Below are positions 35,607-48,768 of a stretch of 64,000 nt of DNA, piece after piece. Made by a program: the position numbers and the translations under genes. Every line of letters begins with the position of its first letter. Within the stretch, counting starts at the first letter, position 1. Below the pieces are notes generated by a model, which made no database searches, was not told where the DNA came from, and worked only from the letters and a program-made list of their open reading frames with translations. The DNA comes from Mobula hypostoma (lineage: Eukaryota): NCBI RefSeq assembly GCF_963921235.1, contig NC_086109.1, positions 7,938,001 to 8,002,000 on the forward strand. The letters run 5' to 3'.

Positions 35607-38209
35607 TATATATCGAATCAAGTAAGTTAAGCAGTGCAAAAAGAAAACCAAAACAAAAAACGGGAGGTAGTGTTCACGGGTTCATTGTCCATTCAGAAAT
35701 CTGATGGCAGAGGGGGAGAAGCTGTTCCTGAATTGTCTTCAGGCTCCTGTACCTCCTCCCTGATGTTAGCAAAGAGGAGAACATAGCAAGTAATACTGTA
35801 CTATCATCATATAGACACAAAGAGAGCCACTGGTTTGAGTTAATTGCCAAACCATCCAGATGAAAGATATGGAGAATTCCTCTTTTCGGTGAATTGGTTG
35901 GCTTTGTGTCCATAAAATATGGATATTCTGGATATTGCCTCATCTAAAAGCATTGCAGACACTACCCACTCAGGAAACTGCCTCTTCCGAAAGCTCCCTT
36001 CTGGGAAGTGCTATAGGGCTATTAAAATAAAAACTTCACACCATCTTAAAAGTTTCTTCCCCCAGGCAGTAAATCTGATCAATTCAATTTAAGTTTAATT
36101 GTCATTCAACCATACATAAATACTCATAAATACAGCCAAATGACACAGCAATACTCTGGGATCAAGGTGCAAAACACAGTACCAACAGTCACACACAGGC
36201 ACAAGCACACATAGCATGTACAAGATAGAAAGATGCAGCCACACAACGAAAGAGACCAAACTCAAGCCATCCAATGACACCAAAATCTGCAGAATACCCC
36301 AACAGAGCTTGTCTTCTGCCGAGCAAACACTGGGAGGGGGCAGTGTTGAATCCAGCCCGAACACTGTGCCACACCATCCCAGTGGCATAGGCTCTGATGC
36401 CTCTCCCTGGCGGCTGGAAACAGGCAACACCATGACTTGAGGCCAGTCTTCGCACATACAAGATAGCAAGCACTTCAGTTAACACCCCCAGCCCCCTCTA
36501 TCTATTACCTCCCCCCCCCGTCACTGGACTGTAAGCACTTCAAGCCACTCTTTATAAAGTGTTTACACTTTAAATACATACTGGTATTTATGCACATTTT
36601 ATTGTATATCCGTACCTTAACCTCTTACTTCACCTTTTATATAATTCTGTATTCTTTATCATTGTTGAATGCTATTGTCTTGTGTTGCATGTCAGACCCT
36701 GACCGACACACCGCAGGAAATCCCTAATACGTGTCAATGTATCTGGTAAATAAAGTTACTCCTTGATCTTTGCTGTTGAATCTGCTGGTATCTTCGTTAA
36801 TTTACTAGACAGAGGTATCGAAGTAGCATCATACTGTTGGATGCTTTCATAGTTAATATCTATTACATTCTTGCTGTGCAGAATGTGTGTTTCAGCTATT
36901 GTATATTTAGAACAGTCAAAACGAAGGTGGGAAAATACCAGCAATCTCTTCAAAACATTGTAAAAGGAAGTTGAACTATTATACCTTTCATTTTCTTCCA
37001 TTCTTCCCTCTCCCCATTCCCAGCCATCTCCCCCTTCCCCCCACCCCCCACTTCCCCAGAGCAATATAAGCTCTTCAGAGCTGGGGCCAGGGGGTTAAAA
37101 TACCCAAATTAGGGGGATCTACACTGAGAAATTCCACTCCGAGCCTCTCGAGAAGCGTTCAGCTGTGAGGTATCAGGTAATCTCACTCCCTCGAACACAG
37201 TTTCGCTATTTTTAAGTTGCTTTGGTGTGCAGGCTAGCTGAACCTTCCACAAATCCAGCTGGCAGATTGTCAAACTGTATATAACTGCAAATTAATCCAT
37301 GACTATCGCAGATCTCTCATTCTGAGAGAGAGAAAAAAGGATGTTCAGTGCTAGACAGCATTCTCACGAATTAATATCTAGAGTGGCTGAAGACTTCCTA
37401 ATGAGGGCAAGTCTATAATATCTGTCATACCACACTTCAGCTTCTTATGTAATGAAAATATATTTAACACATTGCAGATCCAATAAAATGTTTCATCGCA
37501 ATACATTGAACTGCCAATGGTGTCTTGAAGGGGATAGTGGCAGATGCTTGCATTTTTTAATATGTTTATATAGATCTTTTAAAAGCCGCTTTGTTGGATT
37601 TCAAATTTCTCTCACAAGTGATTAGTATTAATTTGTAAGTAGTAATGTCAAAGATGACCTTGTGATGCTTGTATCACCATGTAAAAGCAATTTTTTTTCC
37701 CAAATCAAGTGTGGTTTTTTTCTTCCCTGTATGAAGGTAAACTGGTTTAGGGTGATTTTAACTCAACTGAAATCTTGTTATATGTATGGATAATCTCCAG
37801 GCAGAAGGGCTGTGGGGGAGGGAGAGAGAAAGAGAGGGGAAGGGAAAGAAGGAGAGATCGAGCAACAAAAGGAGAGAGGGATGGAGAAAAAGAGGGGGAC
37901 AGAGATAGAGGGATGGAAGAGAGAGAGGTGGAGGGATGGAGAGACAATGGAGGGAGAATGGAAGGAAACATGACCATATTGTAAGTCCTCTTACCTTTAT
38001 TGGTAGTGGTGCAGAATATAAAAGTTACAAAACCATGCTGCAGCTATATACTGTAAGTTCAAGTTCATTGTCATTCAACCATACACATGTATATAGATAA
38101 ACGAGACAATAATCCTACATCCCAAGGTGCAAAACACAGCACACAGCACACAGAGCGTAGTGGGGATAAGCTCCCGCTATCTAGTAAATGCTTCCAATGG
38201 TGTGCATCT

Positions 38210-38720
38210 CAAACAAGAGAAAATCTGCAGATGCTGGAAATCCAAGCAACATACACAAAATGCTGGAGGAACTCAGCAGGCCAGGCAGCATCTATGGAAA
38301 AGAGTACAATCAACGTTTCAGACTGAGACTCTTCATCAGGACTGGGAAAAAAGATGAGGAGTTAGAGTAAGAAAATGGGGGGAGGGAGGAAGAACCACAA
38401 GGTGATAGGTGAAAGTGTGAGTGGAGGGAGGGGTGAAGTAAGGACCTGGGAAGTTGATTGGTGAAAGAGGTACACGGCTGGAGAAGGCAGAATCTGATAG
38501 AGGAGGACAGAAAGAAAGGGGGAGGAGCACCAGAGGAAGATGATAAGCAGGTAAGGAGATAAGGTGAGAGAGGGAAATGGGAATGGGGAATAGTAAAGGA
38601 GAGGGGACATTACCAGCAATTCGAGAAGTCAGTGTTCATGCCATCAGGTTGGAGGCTACCCAGATGGAATAGAAGGTGTTGCTCCTCCAGCCAGAGTGTG
38701 ACCTAATCACAACAGTAGAG
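38210..38720 (-). mobile_element. Penelope-like fragment (GIY-YIG end + pLTR with hammerhead 38307-38344)
   Basis: LEEQHLLFHLGSLQPDGMN remnant; CAGUC CUGAUGA A GAGUCUCAGUCU GAAA CG UU GAUUG. Confidence 0.8.
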
Positions 38721-39364
38721 GAGGTGTGGAATGGTATGTAGTTGAAAATAGCCTCTGACAACCAGGTCCAGCTCCTAGCCTTCATGTGCAGCCTAGCTAC
38801 TAACTCCAGCAGAATCATTGCTACTGATAGAAGGGGCAAAAGCAGGTTACTGGTGCCTTAAAACTAGTCACTTCAGGGAGATGGGGCTTGTCAGCTGTGG
38901 TTGGCAGCTCACCCAGGAGAAGGAAAACCTTGATCTCAAATCACTGCAACCTTGCAGCTATGCCCACTCATGGGGAAGGCTTTGGGATCAAACCCCGAGG
39001 AAAAATCCAGAATGGGAGTCCCTAATTGAGTTCAACGATGACTGGCAAGTCCTGTTGGTGCCAAACTGTATCGGTCTCTGCCACTGCTTTGGATTGATCA
39101 GCTGTGTGGAGAGAGGAAGCCTGTTGCATGGGCGACAGCTTGCTCTCCACATTGTACTGCCCAGGCTCGCTTGTGTACCTGCTTGCATATCACGTAGACA
39201 GCTGCCAAGAAACATCCATGGCCAACGGAGGGCCTTGACACATATATACTTCATACTTTATTGTCGCCAAACAATTGATACTGGAACGTACAATCATCAC
39301 AGCGATATTTGATTCTGGGTTTCCCACTCCCTGGATTACAAATCAAAAGTAAATATTAACCACA

Positions 39365-39535
39365 GGTCCCTGAGTGAGATGGCCTGAAGACTGATGGTGC
39401 TTAGGATGTTATCCTGGAGCCATGTTTCTGCTAGAACAAGCACGTAGCAGTTCCTCATCTCCCACTGGGACAGCCGTAGATGAAAGCAATCCAGTTTGTC
39501 TACGGAACAAATACTGAGGAGCAGCACCCTTGGTT
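39365..39535 (-). mobile_element. Rex1/Babar-type LINE APE N-terminal fragment
   Basis: PRVLLLSICSVDKLDCFHLRL.QWEMRNCYVLVLAETWL. Confidence 0.65.
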
Positions 39536-41312
39536 GGACCACATTTGGACTATTATGTGCAGTTGTAGTCTCCCCAGGCTGCGGAAAAGGTGCGGAAGAG
39601 GTTCACCAGGTTGCTGCCTGGATTAGAGGTTATGAACAATAAGGCAAAGTCAGCCAGACTCGGGTTGTTCTCCCGGGAGAGTCAGAGCCTGAGGGAAGAG
39701 CTGATTTTGATGTTAAAATTACAAGAGGCATAGATAGGGCTGACAGAATCTTTTCCTCAGGGTAGACATGTCAAAACACTAAAGCACTTGCTTTTACAGT
39801 TAGGAGGACATTTCAAAGCGAAGTGCGGGCAAGGTTTTTAACATAGAGAGTGGTCAGTGGCTGGAATGGGTTACAAGCGGAAGTAGCTGTTGCAGGCAGT
39901 CTGGTGTCCGAGCTTTTAGACACATGAATACGAAGAGAACGGATGGATACGGATGAGACACAGGAGGAAGACATTTATTATAAATTGATGCCTATATCAA
40001 CACAACATTCTGGGCTGAATGGCCATAAAGATTTAGAGATCAGCTTTATTTGCCACATGCACAACGAGGCGTACAGTGAAGTGTGTTGCTGCGTCTAATC
40101 AAATCAACAAGGATCGTTCTGGGGGCAGCCCGCCAGTGTTGCCACGCTTCCGGTGCCAACTTAGCACACCCACAACTTACCAACCCTATCTGTACACCTT
40201 TTGAATGTGGGAGGAGACCAGAGCACTTGGCTTGTACGGGGAGGAGGTATCAACTCCGTTGTAATGTGAGCATTATTAAAAGTAACTTAATACTAATTAG
40301 GATAATGGGGGGTTCTACTTCCATTCTTTTTTACTTCCTGTGTGCTTTGTATATAGTGTTCCTGCCATGCCATACGGGTTGTGGAAGCCTCTGTAATTAC
40401 ATAATGGTTTTGAAGTTTGAGATAAAGTTGTTTTTTTGGCATGAAGTTGTCGAGTGTGCCTTTTTCAAAGTAGAAGTTACTACAGACTCCTTACAGACAA
40501 CGACAGGAATTGAACCCTTGTCAGCGATCACTGGCAGTGCAATCCATTAACTGCCGCACTACTGTTACTTGTAACAACATGTCAGGCACAAAGAATCATA
40601 TAAGCAGCATTCACACAAAAAAAACAAACACGCATTATACAAAATTATAGAAAAACTGGAACAAAACAATTGAATTTTAGTGATCGAAAGGATCATAGCG
40701 TTGCTAAACTGTACTGATTAGGATTATGCTGGTTGGTTCAAGAACCGAATGGTTGAAGGGAAGTAGCTGGCCTTAAACCTGTCGATGCAGGGCTTCAGGC
40801 TTCTGTACTTCACTGCCCAACGGTAGCTGTGAGAAGATGGCCCATATGGTGAGGAGTTTTGAGGATGAATGTTGCCTTCTTGAGGCAGTATCTCCAGTAA
40901 TTACTGCCGATCGTAGGCAGGGATGTTCCCCTGATATATTAGGCTGAGCCCACCACTCTCTGCAGCTTCTTACGTTCCTGCACAAACAACTTGCTGTGCC
41001 AGTACATGATGCAACCAGTCAGGATACTCTCAAAAGTTTGTCATTGGAAATTGTCCCATGACTAGGCTAGGGTTAAATCAGGAGCTACTGGACGGCGGGG
41101 CTCGAAGGGCTGGAGGATCTATTCCATGCTGTATCCCAAAAAAATAAAATTTTAAGAGCATATAAATTCCTTCTGTCAAATAATCACTAATATCATTATC
41201 TCCTATTCCAAAGCAGTTACTGTAGTCTGTTTTTGAAAACAGTTTTGTCACAGTTTGTATCTATGCAAAGCGATCAGGGAAAAATGCCAGCTATGAATTT
41301 CCTAATTAAATG

Positions 41313-41866
41313 CACTCAGTGGACAGTTTATTAGGTTATACCAGTACAACTGCTCATTAATGCAAATATCTGATCAGCCAATAACGTGGCAGCAACACAG
41401 TGCATAAAAGCATGCTGACATGGTCAAGAGGTTCAGTTGTTGTTCAGACCAAACATGAGACTGGGGAAGAAAGGTGATCTAAGTGACTTTGACTGTGGAA
41501 TGATTGTTGGTGCCAGACAGGGTGGTTTGAGTATCTCAGAAACTGCTGATCTCCTGGGATTTACACACATACAACGGTCTCTGGAGTTTACAGAGAATGG
41601 TGTGACAAACAAAAAAAGTCATCCAGTGAGCAGCAGTTCTGTGAGCAAAAATGCTTTGTTAATGAGAGAAGTCAGAGGAGAATGGCCAGACAGGAAGGTG
41701 ACAGTAACTCAAATCACCATGCATTACGATAGTGATGTGCAGAAGAGCATCCCTGAAAGCACAACACATCGAAGTGGATAGGTTACAGCAGCAAAAGATC
41801 ACGAAGGTACATTCACTGGCCACTTTATTACATACAAGAGGTTTCTGATAAAGTGACCATTGAGTG
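41313..41866 (+). mobile_element. Tc1-derived non-autonomous DNA transposon, copy 2
   Basis: Same TIRs as 21193-21758; peptide GKKGDLSDFDCGMIVGARQGGLSISETADLLGF (Tc1 N-terminal HTH). Confidence 0.88.
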
Positions 41867-43810
41867 TATATGCTAAAATATTGTCAAACGATGGAGCAGG
41901 CTCAATGGGTCCAATGGCTTACTCTTGCTCCTAATTTGCAACGTAGAACAGTAAAGCACAGGAACAGACCCTTCAACCCACAGTGTCTGTGCTGAACACA
42001 GTGCCAAATGAAACTAAATTCCATCCATACTGCTCCATTCCCTATACATTCATGTGTTGACAGGAGGCACGCGATAAAGTGACCACTAAGTGTACATCAC
42101 CCGCTTTCCAAACAAATTAGCTTCATTCATTTTCAAAACCACATAAATCTTATGAAAACAAAGTTTCTTTAATTCCTTTTCTATTCCTGAAGTAATTTCC
42201 TGTGACATCAAAGCTACCACAGAGAGAAGGACTTGGCTCTTCAATATCTCTTGTGTAGGAACGGAGGCCAGGATTATTGTGCTACCTCACTCTATGGCAG
42301 ATCTCATGAAATAAAACCCCTCACATCAGTAAAATCTAGCTGTGAAATTGGTTTCCAAAGAGCTTCATAAGTGTGTTCACTAATTAGGACTTTTTAATCT
42401 GATGATCATGTTTCTGAAATTCTTCAGAAGCAAATGGATTTTAAATATTCATAGGCACTTCCATTCCGACCTTCATCTTCTGACATTCCAAATTGTATGC
42501 TCCTTCTGCAGATAACAGGATACACAGTAAAGTTATATAATAGACAAGGGAAATAAATTCTGTACTTAATAGTGTTCTGTTCTGTTTTGTTTAACAATCT
42601 AATCCCGTTTCCTCCCCCCACCCTCCGGCCACATTGGAGGAACGCATGACTGCGCTCTAGTGCATAAACCCTGGTCTGACTTGGCATGCTGGAGTCAGAA
42701 TCAGAACCAGGCCTTCTATCACGGATGTACGTTATGAAATGCTCAGGACAAAGTCGTAGGAGGGAGGAAAAATCATTGTTGTCACTACTCACCCTGCAAA
42801 CTACCTATTCCAAAAGCTCCCTTCGGCAAAGTTTTATAGGGCTATTAAAACAAAAACTTCACACCATCTTCCCCCGGCAGTTCATCTGATCAACCATTCT
42901 AGTTAGCCTCCCTATCCCCCTTTATCTAATACCCCCGTCACTGCACGATAAACACTTTAAACCACTTTTTATAATGTCATTTACATTGTAAATACATGCT
43001 GGAATTTATGTATTCATGCACATTTTGTTCCATAAATGACATTAACTTCTAGCTTATTTTTTTATAATTCTTTGTTCTTTATCATGTTCCTTGCTGCATG
43101 TCACACCGACACACCACAGCAAATTCCTTATACATGTAAATGTATATGGCAAATAAAGTTGATCCTTCATATTTGTTGCTTTGTGGCAGCAGAACTGTGC
43201 AAGACGGGACATCACCACAAGTCTCGCCGTGGCCACGTGGGTTTACTCTGGGTGCTCAGGTTGCCTCCGACAATCCAAAGGTATACGGATAAGTTGTGGG
43301 CATTCCATGTCAGCGTCGGAAGCGTAGTGACACGTGTGGGCTGCCCCAGCACACCCTTAGGTTGTGTTGGTTGTTTATGAAATTTCACTGTACATTGTGA
43401 TTCACGTGATTCACGTGATTAAATGATTCTGAATCTGAGTCTGAGGCAGAGAGCATGTACCAATGCCCTAGAGTGGTAAGTAGGAGAGAAGTTAGTATTC
43501 AGTAATCCAGACACTAAAACATTCAAAGGTTCAATGGTTTTATTATCAAATTATGCATGCAGAATACAACTCCGAGATTTGTCTTCTCCAGATAGCCATA
43601 GAGTACATAAAAATGGTTGAAAAGAATGCATCAATCCCCCCACGCGAAAAGAAAAAGAATCAAAAACTCGCAAACCCCAAACCCCTCCTTTGCACAAAAA
43701 CTAGCAGGTCACCCAAAACCCCGCCCACCAATCGGCAACAAGAATGGGTGAGAACATGAAACAAAAATGTCGAACTGAAAGAGGCCAATGTGAACTTCAG
43801 TCCAATCCAT

Positions 43811-44572
43811 AGAAATAGAACATAGAAAACCAACAGCACAATACAGGCCCTTCGGCCCACTAAGTCGTGCCAAAGATGTCCCTAACTTAGAAATTACTAG
43901 GCTTACCCATAGCCCTTTATTTTTCTAAGCTCCATGTACCTATCCAAAAGTCTCCTAAAAGACCCGATCGTATCCGCCTCCACCACCGTTGCTGGCAGCC
44001 CATTCCAAGCACTCATCACTCTCTGCATAAAAAACTTACCCCTGACATCTCCTCTGTACCAACTCCCCAGCACCTTAAACCTGTGTCCTCTTGTGACAAT
44101 CATTTCAGCCCTGGGAAAAAGCTTCTGAATATCCACATGATCAATGCCTCTCATTATCTTGTACACCTCTATCAGGTCACCTCTCATCCTCCGTCGCTCC
44201 AAGGAGAAAAGTCCGAGTTCACTCAACCTATTCTCATAAGGCATGCTCCCCAATCCAGGCAACATCCTTGTAAATCTCCTCTGCACCCTTGCTATGGCTT
44301 CCATATCCTTCCTGTAGTGAGGCGACCAGAACTGAGCACAGTACTCCAAGTGGGGTCTGACCAGGGTCCTATATAGCTGCAATATTACCTTTCGGCTCCT
44401 AAATTCAATTCCACGATTGATGAAGGCCTACACACCATATGCCTTCTTAACCACAGAGTCAACCTGCACAGCTGCTTTGAGCATCCTATGGACTCTGACC
44501 CCAAGATCTCTCTGATCCTCCACACTGCCAAGAGTCTTACCATTAATACTATATTCTGCCATCATATTTGAA
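43811..44572 (-). mobile_element. Well-preserved CR1 LINE 3' end
   Basis: Uninterrupted 159-aa frame LYRTLVRPHLEYCAQFWSPHYRKD...TRGH...WNGLP; (TTCTA)-type tail. Confidence 0.93.
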
Positions 44573-45909
44573 CCTCAGAAACCTCAGAAGTTTGATAACA
44601 TCTCTGAGAGCATTGGCACCCAGCGGCCCCTCCAAGGCAAGTGACTCAAGCCAGCTGCCCCTCCGAGGGGAAGCAACATGAACCAGCTGCCTCTCTGAAG
44701 GCAGCTGTTTCTGGACAACTGGACAACCAGATATGGGTGTTTAACCGTACTTTGCAGAAGAAGAATTGTCTGTGTCAGTATGCTTTGGTGAAGCGCAGAG
44801 GGAATGAGAATGGTGATTAGAGAGAACAATAATAAATGCCATTTATCTAAATTCAATTTACCTTCAAAAAATAGTCATTGTGAGGATACAAAGAGACTTT
44901 ACACTATTACCTGCAGTGACCACAGCCATTTTGAAAATTAGGCATCAAATTTCATTACATAATAAATTTATGAAGCTCCAATTGCAATGTAATGAGTGAG
45001 TTGTGCCTAAGCATGAATATTTTGTTTCCTGTGAACTTGGAAAATATGAATGCATTGCCAAGTGTCGGCTGGTATCAAGGAGGGAGGAAGCCTTCAATTA
45101 TGTATGGCAAGTCTTCAATGTGTATAGATGTGGGTGGCCATAACCATGTTCAAAATAAAATCCAGCCCTCCACGCACCACTGGTAAGATTCAAGAATCAA
45201 GATTGTTTGTCTTCGTTCTTCAGGACACAAATGTAAAGGAGAATGAAAGGATTGTTACTGCATGTCTGATGCCTGATAAATCATTCTAAAATATATCAGA
45301 CAGAGGGTACTGAAGCTGCAATGAAAGCACTGTTACTGCATGAACAAAGTCACTGGAGAGACTTGGCTGGTGGAATGCCATTATCTGACAAAATGAGACA
45401 CGGCAGGCATCATATGGAGACCCTTTCAGAGGAAGCAGGTCCGCACAACCCCAACGCTACACGACATTTTATGTGCTAAAGATCAAAGGACAATTCCATA
45501 TTTACAATGATTCCACAATGCTTCCTTTGAACTAACACAACCTTCACAGCACCCTCATTGCACCCACACCACACACGCCTGCATTATCTGGTCTTCCCAT
45601 TAAATGTGATTCATGGTTTTTAGGAACCCATTGTCCAGAGCTGCACTTTAAATTTAATCTACAGACTATATTCAGATTCGAAGATGGGTGACTGAGGTTA
45701 GTTGCTGAAGTTATTTGCTGTATGTGCTAACTCCAGAAACGCCTTAACAAGCACCAGTTGTCAACATCTCAGAGGATCTACCTTGAGCCCAACATATTGA
45801 TGCAATCGTGAAGCAGGATTGCTATGCTCTGCTTTGTTAGGAGTTTGAGACTTTGTATATCACCAAAGACTCTTGTTAATTTCCATAGATGTATGGTGGA
45901 GGGCGGTGT

Positions 45910-46535
45910 CAAAATGGTTGTTGTGATGCGTCTAGTGTGGTAGTGTAGTGGGCAGTGCTAGTCGCTCTCACTTTCAACTTCCACCGCTGGCTAGCAGTCT
46001 CGCAAAAAGGAGAGCTGAATGTGTAAATCTCTCCCTGCCTGTACGCACCCTCTCCAACAGCAAGCCCCATGTAGTGCCTCCTCACTGGCGACACACAGAA
46101 ATTGAATTCCTTTTGGACTCGGGCTGGACTACGAAGGACAAGGAGGACATCTGGCCCCTGCACACCCAGCGCACAGGCCCACCTGCGTGTGGACATGCCC
46201 CCTTGCTTGTGAACCCGAGCCCCAGCTATGGGTAAATAGCCCCACTGCCTGTGGGCAGCCTCGGGAGAGACAAAGGCTACGGGAGTAAACCCAGACAGCA
46301 AATCCAGAGTGGAGCCCCAGAGGCGGCTGGAAGTTATTGAACAGCCTTCCAGCAGCTCCTGCAGCCAAGCTGCCGCCAGACTTATTGCCTCATAAGCTTT
46401 TTTTTTGGACTACACTGGTGAGGCCAAAAGTGGGGCCTTGATGACTGGGCATCTCAGGATCTCCAGACCTTCCGCCCGGGCTTGTGATGAATATCATCAT
46501 CACCCATTGTCCTTCGAGACAGATGGATGCCAACC
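45910..46535 (+). mobile_element. Non-autonomous RTE-related element inserted in a Rex1/Babar fragment (45765-47025)
   Basis: Host LINE sequence resumes at ~46540. The insert ends ...GAGACAGATGGATGCC, like the RTE tail CAGACTAACGGATGCC, and shares GGGAGTAAACCC..AAATCC with 18046-18070. Confidence 0.6.
46019..46133 (+). ncRNA. Candidate HDV-like ribozyme (decayed)
   Basis: P2 UGUAGU/ACUACG, P3 GCC/GGC, L3 UCCUCACU, P1 UGUGU/ACACA, P4 hairpin, C at 46124. Confidence 0.5.
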
Positions 46536-47058
46536 AGGGAGGAGAGCGTTCTGGCTGGTTTCGTCATCAGCTGCTATGAAGGCTCCATTGTGCAGGATCG
46601 GAAGAAGCTTCAGAGGGTTGAAAAGTCAGCCATGGATACAGCCCACCACACCACCAAGGACATCTTCGAAAGGTGGTACCTCAAGAAAGCAGCACTCATC
46701 GCCAAGGACCATCACCGGGCGAGACATGCCCTCTTTCCATCAGTACCATCGGGAGGAGGTGCAGGAGCCTGAAGACCCACACTCAACATTTCAGGAGCTG
46801 CTTCTTCCGCTCTGCCATCTGATTTCTGAATGCTCCATGAACCCATGTACACCACCTCACTAGCTTTTTCTTTCGTTTTTGCTCTCTTTTTGCACTGTCT
46901 AATTTAAGTACGTACAGTCGATATTCTGATTGTAATTTGTTGTTTTTTTTTAAATGTACTGCTGCAGCAAAACAACACACTTCACCGCACATACCAGTGA
47001 TACTAAACCTGATTCTGATTCTGATTCAAATCAAATTGGCAACCTCTGGAGGAGATTG

Positions 47059-47131
<73 letters not shown>

Positions 47132-47252
47132 ACACACTCACACTCACACACACACACTCACACACACACTCACACACACACACACACTCACACACACTCA
47201 CACACACACACGCACCCATATGCACACACACACACTCACACACACACTCACA

Positions 47253-47319
<67 letters not shown>

Positions 47320-47350
47320 TCACACACGTGCGCACGCGCACGCACGCACA
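47059..47350. repeat. Compound (CA)n/(CACT) microsatellite
   Basis: Direct inspection; ends in (CGCA)n. Confidence 0.97.
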
Positions 47351-47639
47351 GAGTTATCAACAGCAGATTTCTGACTGGTCCACCAGCTTAAGAACACTGC
47401 CTCATTATCCCTCTTTTTTGCACTATTTAATTATTTTTGTAATTTGTCGTACTTTTATGTCTTTGCACCATACTGCTGCTGCAAAGTAACAAATTACACA
47501 TCATCTGTCAGTGATGATAAATCAGATTCCAATTCTTATTCTGATTCCTCGCAAACTCCGAATGAAGTAGAGCCTCTGGTGTGTTGGCCCCAGGATAGGT
47601 GTTAATTTTTATTTATTTGTTTGTTTGTTTAATTATTTT

Positions 47640-47845
47640 ATTGAGATACAGTGCTGAACAGGCCCTTCTGGCACCTTGAGTTGTGCTGGCAGCAGCCCCC
47701 CTGATTTTAACCCTCGCCTAATCACAGGACAATTTACAATCACCAATTAACCTACCAACTGGTACATCTTTGGACTGTGGGAGGAAACCGGAGCACCCGG
47801 AGGAAACCCACGCAGTCACGATAGGAAAGTACAGACTCTGCTGCC
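47640..47845 (-). mobile_element. V-SINE fragment
   Basis: V-domain GTGGGTTTCCTCCGGGTGCTCCGGTTTCCTCCCACAGTCCAAAGA. Confidence 0.8.
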
Positions 47846-48382
47846 ACAATGAGGCCTCGATAAAGTATGACTATGACTATGACTATGACTATGAGAAGCA
47901 AAACGTCATGTTCTGTCTGGGTAGCGTCCAAGTTGCTGGCATGAACATTGATTTCTCTAACTTCCAGTAGTTTCTTCCCCCCTCTTCTCTCTTTGTCCAT
48001 TCCCCATTCTGGCTCCCTTCACTTTTCCTCACCTCCCTCTGGTTCCCCTCCCTCCCTTCCCTTTCTCCCATGGTCCACTCTCCTCCCCTATCGGATTCCT
48101 CCTTCTTCTCCCCTTTACCTTTTCCACCTCTCACCTCACAGCTTCTTACTTCATCCCCCACCCATCCACCCAGTTTGGTCTCACTTATCATCTGCCAGCT
48201 TCTACTCCTTCTCCTCCCCCAGCCTCTTATTCTGGATTCTTCCTCCTTCCTTCCCAATCCTGGCGAAGGGTCTCCGCTCAAATCATTGACTGTTTATTCC
48301 CCTCCACAGATGCTGCCTGACCTGATGAGTTCCTCCAGCATTTTTAGGGTGTTGTTCTGGATTTCCAGGATCTGCAGAATCC
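47845..48382 (+). mobile_element. Penelope-like fragment (GIY-YIG end + pLTR)
   Basis: EKQNVMFCLGSVQVAGMNIDFSNF* followed by a pyrimidine-rich pLTR and a degenerate hammerhead. Confidence 0.8.
47866..47893. repeat. (TATGAC)n hexamer repeat
   Basis: About 4.5 copies. Confidence 0.9.
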
Positions 48383-48554
48383 GGCAGCATCTATAGGAAG
48401 AGGTACAGTCAACGTTTCGGGCCGAGACCCTTCGAGACCCTTTGGCCCAAAATGTCGACTGTACCTCTTCCTATAGATGCTGCCTGGCCTGCTGCATTCA
48501 CCAGCAATTTTTATGTGTGTTGCTTGAAATTCCAGCATCTGCATATTTCCTCAT
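48383..48554. mobile_element. Palindromic pLTR mini-element inserted in an older pLTR
   Basis: TSD ATC(T/C)GCAGAATCC at 48370-48382 and 48555-48567; inverted arms 48383-48423 and ~48444-48484. Confidence 0.8.
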
Positions 48555-48751
48555 ATCCGCAGAATCCCGTGTGTTTATGGTTCATCTAATCCGTTGTGCA
48601 TCCAAAGCCTCCTTGAGTTCTTTCCCAATGACATCTATCTCCCCCTTAAAAAAAGCAGTGATGCGTCCTCTCTCACATTGAGAATTGCATATCCCAACAG
48701 CATTCTGCATTGAGAAGATTACATTTTGTTTCTGCCGATTGTCTCGAATGC

Positions 48752-48768
48752 ATGCCCTCTAGTGGAAA
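48752..48768 (-). promoter_or_regulatory. CTCF-like motif
   Basis: Minus strand TTTCCACTAGAGGGCAT, in unique sequence. Confidence 0.5.

Noticed and set aside
46954..47489. His/Thr- and Cys/Val-rich ORFs
   Set aside because: Translation of the (CA)n microsatellite.
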